A stretch of DNA of 64,000 nucleotides from Rhodosorus marinus CCMP1338. Lineage: Eukaryota; Plantae; Rhodophyta. Location of the stretch: contig JAMWBK010000006.1 in NCBI GenBank assembly GCA_029953675.1, forward strand, positions 62,001-126,000, read 5' to 3'. Under the pieces are notes generated by a model. That model was not told the DNA's origin. It ran no database searches and worked only from the letters and a program-made list of their open reading frames with translations. The stretch's first letter is position 1; each line of letters starts with the position of its first letter. Below, piece after piece: positions 61,647 through 64,000 of the stretch. The position numbers were made by a program, and so were the translations under genes.

Positions 61647-62032
61647 TGAGAGCTATGAACTCTGGACAGTTGATAGCCCGTGATCGCTCATCGTACGTCA
61701 GTCCGGTAGGTGCGGACGTTCTCAAAATTGGGTTTTTGAAGGACAGGCGACCGTGTTGTGTTTCTGTGCAGCTGAACGACGTGGGCGCTTATGTGCTTCT
61801 TGTAGACAAAGATAAAGATGAAAATTGTTGACGCGTTTGGTATATATACCTTTTGAGGGTTGGGCGGTCGCTCGATTGTTGCATTCCAATGGCTTTTCGC
61901 TCCCTCTCCTCCATCGATTTTGGACCTACAGTCTTTTCAAGCAAAACAACGCAGAGATCTGTACGAAAATTCGGACTTCCAAGCATAGATTCTGCTACTG
62001 ATTGTCGGTCGATTTGCTAGGCCTCCGAAGGT

Positions 62033-62160
62033 GCTCCGAGCTTCTCAAACGTTTCTACCTAGTTTTGCATCTTGATCGCCGGGGCAGGGTCGCTCCGAGC
62101 TGCTCAAATGTTTCTACCTAGATTTGCATCTTGATACCCGGGGCTGGGTCGCTCCGAGCT
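62033..62160. repeat. 59-bp tandem repeat, about 2.2 copies
   Basis: GCTCCGAGCT starts at 62033, 62092 and 62151. Confidence 0.9.
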
Positions 62161-62535
62161 TCCTCTTCCTTTACGCTCATGGACATGGTTTTTGTCCCTC
62201 GCGTCCGGGGACCTGAAGTGAGTCCACGGGTTGTCGCATCTAGTCCAGAGCCACATGCCAAATTAGCGCTTTCGATTTCATTTTCGTCAATGTGTTGGTC
62301 ATGCACAGAGGGAAGCTGTCGAGGGATGAGACTCCGACCTCACAAGAACCGAGCTTGAGTAGAAAGAGTTGCTTCTCTTTTATTTGCATACATATACACA
62401 GTAAGCAGGAGTCTGAAGCCCTTCCAATCGAGTTTGCGCGGGCTCCGGATAGTATGGCCCGGCATGCGATGGCAAGATGTTCAGACATCGATAGATAATT
62501 ATGAGCAGTAAGTCAGTACATTGAAATAGAAATTG

Positions 62536-63150
62536 TTAGAGATCCAATAAACCTTCGTTCCTCGCGTGATCCACGAGCTCTGCGATGAAGCATGTATTCG
62601 TCAGTACCATTCCCCGCTTCTCCTTCAACAAGGAAAGCACCCTTGACAATTTAAAACGTTCTTCCGAAATTAAATACGCAGCTACGATTGCCACAGATCG
62701 GTTAACTCCAGCCTGACAATGTACCAGCACCCCACCATCTGCCAGCCCTCTCTTGATAAACTCTCGACATGTTTCGAAGTGCTTTGAGAGCAAGTTGTAG
62801 CCTCTCCTATCTTCGGCTTTGATGTATAGCATCCTCAAGTTCCTACTCTGGACTTCATGATTAGAACTCGCGGCAAGGTTCAACACGTAGCTGACTCCAA
62901 GTCTCCGAACCGCCTCTACATCGTTAACTGAGCCAACGTACAATCCCGGAATTACTTCAGAGGCGCCTTGAAGCAGGCTCTTCTTAATACCGTCATCACT
63001 GACAAGTGCGGACGCGTTGAAAACTGATGACTGCACCGCCTCATCTACACGATTTTTGTCCTCATCCCAAGAGCAATGACTTGTATCATTGACTTCAACC
63101 TCTTCAAGGCCCTCAAATACTAAGTCTACTATTGGCATCACTTGCGCCAT
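62536..63150 (-). CDS. Dual-specificity protein phosphatase
   Basis: SEVIPGLYVGS, YVLNL, IKAED (general acid) and catalytic VHCQAGVNRS; AYLI..; R..V..N..F..EL. Confidence 0.93.
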   Translation of the reverse strand: MAQVMPIVDLVFEGLEEVEVNDTSHCSWDEDKNRVDEAVQSSVFNASALVSDDGIKKSLLQGASEVIPGLYVGSVNDVEAVRRLGVSYVLNLAASSNHEVQSRNLRMLYIKAEDRRGYNLLSKHFETCREFIKRGLADGGVLVHCQAGVNRSVAIVAAYLISEERFKLSRVLSLLKEKRGMVLTNTCFIAELVDHARNEGLLDL

Positions 63151-64000
63151 ATGCTCTAAAACAAACTACGTACAACAAGCCCGTTTCAGCTCTGATGCTG
63201 AAACCCTTCCGGTTTCAAGTCCCGTCCAAAACACCCACGAGGTTCCTCTTCCTCTTCCCTTCAACTCCTCCCACCTCCACCTCCCACTTCCACCAACACG
63301 CTTCACAAGGAAACCACAAAACAGCACTACCTGTACCCTTAAAACCCGTCCCTTCCCTCCTTCCGCCGCACCAGCTCTTCCCAGAGCTAGTTTCGTCCAA
63401 AGCCTTTCAACCGCACTTCAACAGCTCTTCCTCAGAAAACACTTTCGACATACAACCACGAGAGCTTTCCTCCTATCGTCCAGGAAATGTCACCCACAAC
63501 ACACCAACTAAAGACCACGCGCTTTACTAGCTCAACCGATCATAAACTTCTACAAGACAAAACTAACCTCCCCCACCCTCTCAATCCACTTCCACATGGT
63601 TAAGACACCTTAATAATAATGCTTCCAACACACGCACCCAGCTTCAACAAGCCATTTTCCTGTTCACTTTCTTCCCTCTACTTCTTCCAACTGTCGACAG
63701 CACTAACAACAAACCAAATCAACATTTCCTTTCCTTCAAAACTAATTTGCACTCAACCTTTCTCCGCCTCCACATCCCCCCCCCCATTCACCTTCCCTTC
63801 CACCAACCACCTACTAAACAACCCCCTCCCATTTACCCTTCCTCCCGAAAAAACCCTTTGCCCTTACACAATCCCCCCTAATCGATCCCCAGCACCCGAA
63901 AACTACAAATTTCCAAATTTCCTTGGAGAGATCCATAACAAGAAGGCTTTCAACCTAGTTTTTCCTTTGCTACTCCCCAACTAGACTCTGTCACTTGCGC

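Noticed and set aside
63150-64000. C/A-rich ORFs at the window end
   Set aside because: Low-complexity pyrimidine-rich promoter/UTR-like sequence upstream of the phosphatase.

Overview
Eukaryotic nuclear DNA with short GT-AG introns (about 60-150 nt). A unicellular red alga is a plausible source, but that is inferred from gene style only. Islands of housekeeping genes (GRAM/tandem-VASt lipid transfer protein, NIPBL/Scc2, TCF25/Rqc1, MPDU1, V-ATPase subunit A, a C2H2 zinc-finger protein, a dual-specificity phosphatase) alternate with transposon-derived tracts. The most notable items are: (1) a TSD-bounded Ty3/gypsy chromovirus whose two LTRs differ by a duplication and a micro-inversion that removes the TATA motif; (2) a Ty1/copia element scrambled by fold-back and template-switch junctions around a palindromic PBS cassette, sharing a tRNA-Tyr-like PBS core with the gypsy element; (3) two CRE-like restriction-like-endonuclease remnants and a 110-bp dyad-rich repeat found twice, 45 kb apart; (4) a secreted Hint-domain (Hog-like) protein; (5) an intronless secreted glucose/sorbosone-dehydrogenase + Ig-like protein of bacterial-type architecture. 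All family calls come from motif recognition by eye; no database search was run. No tRNA, rRNA or CRISPR array was seen.
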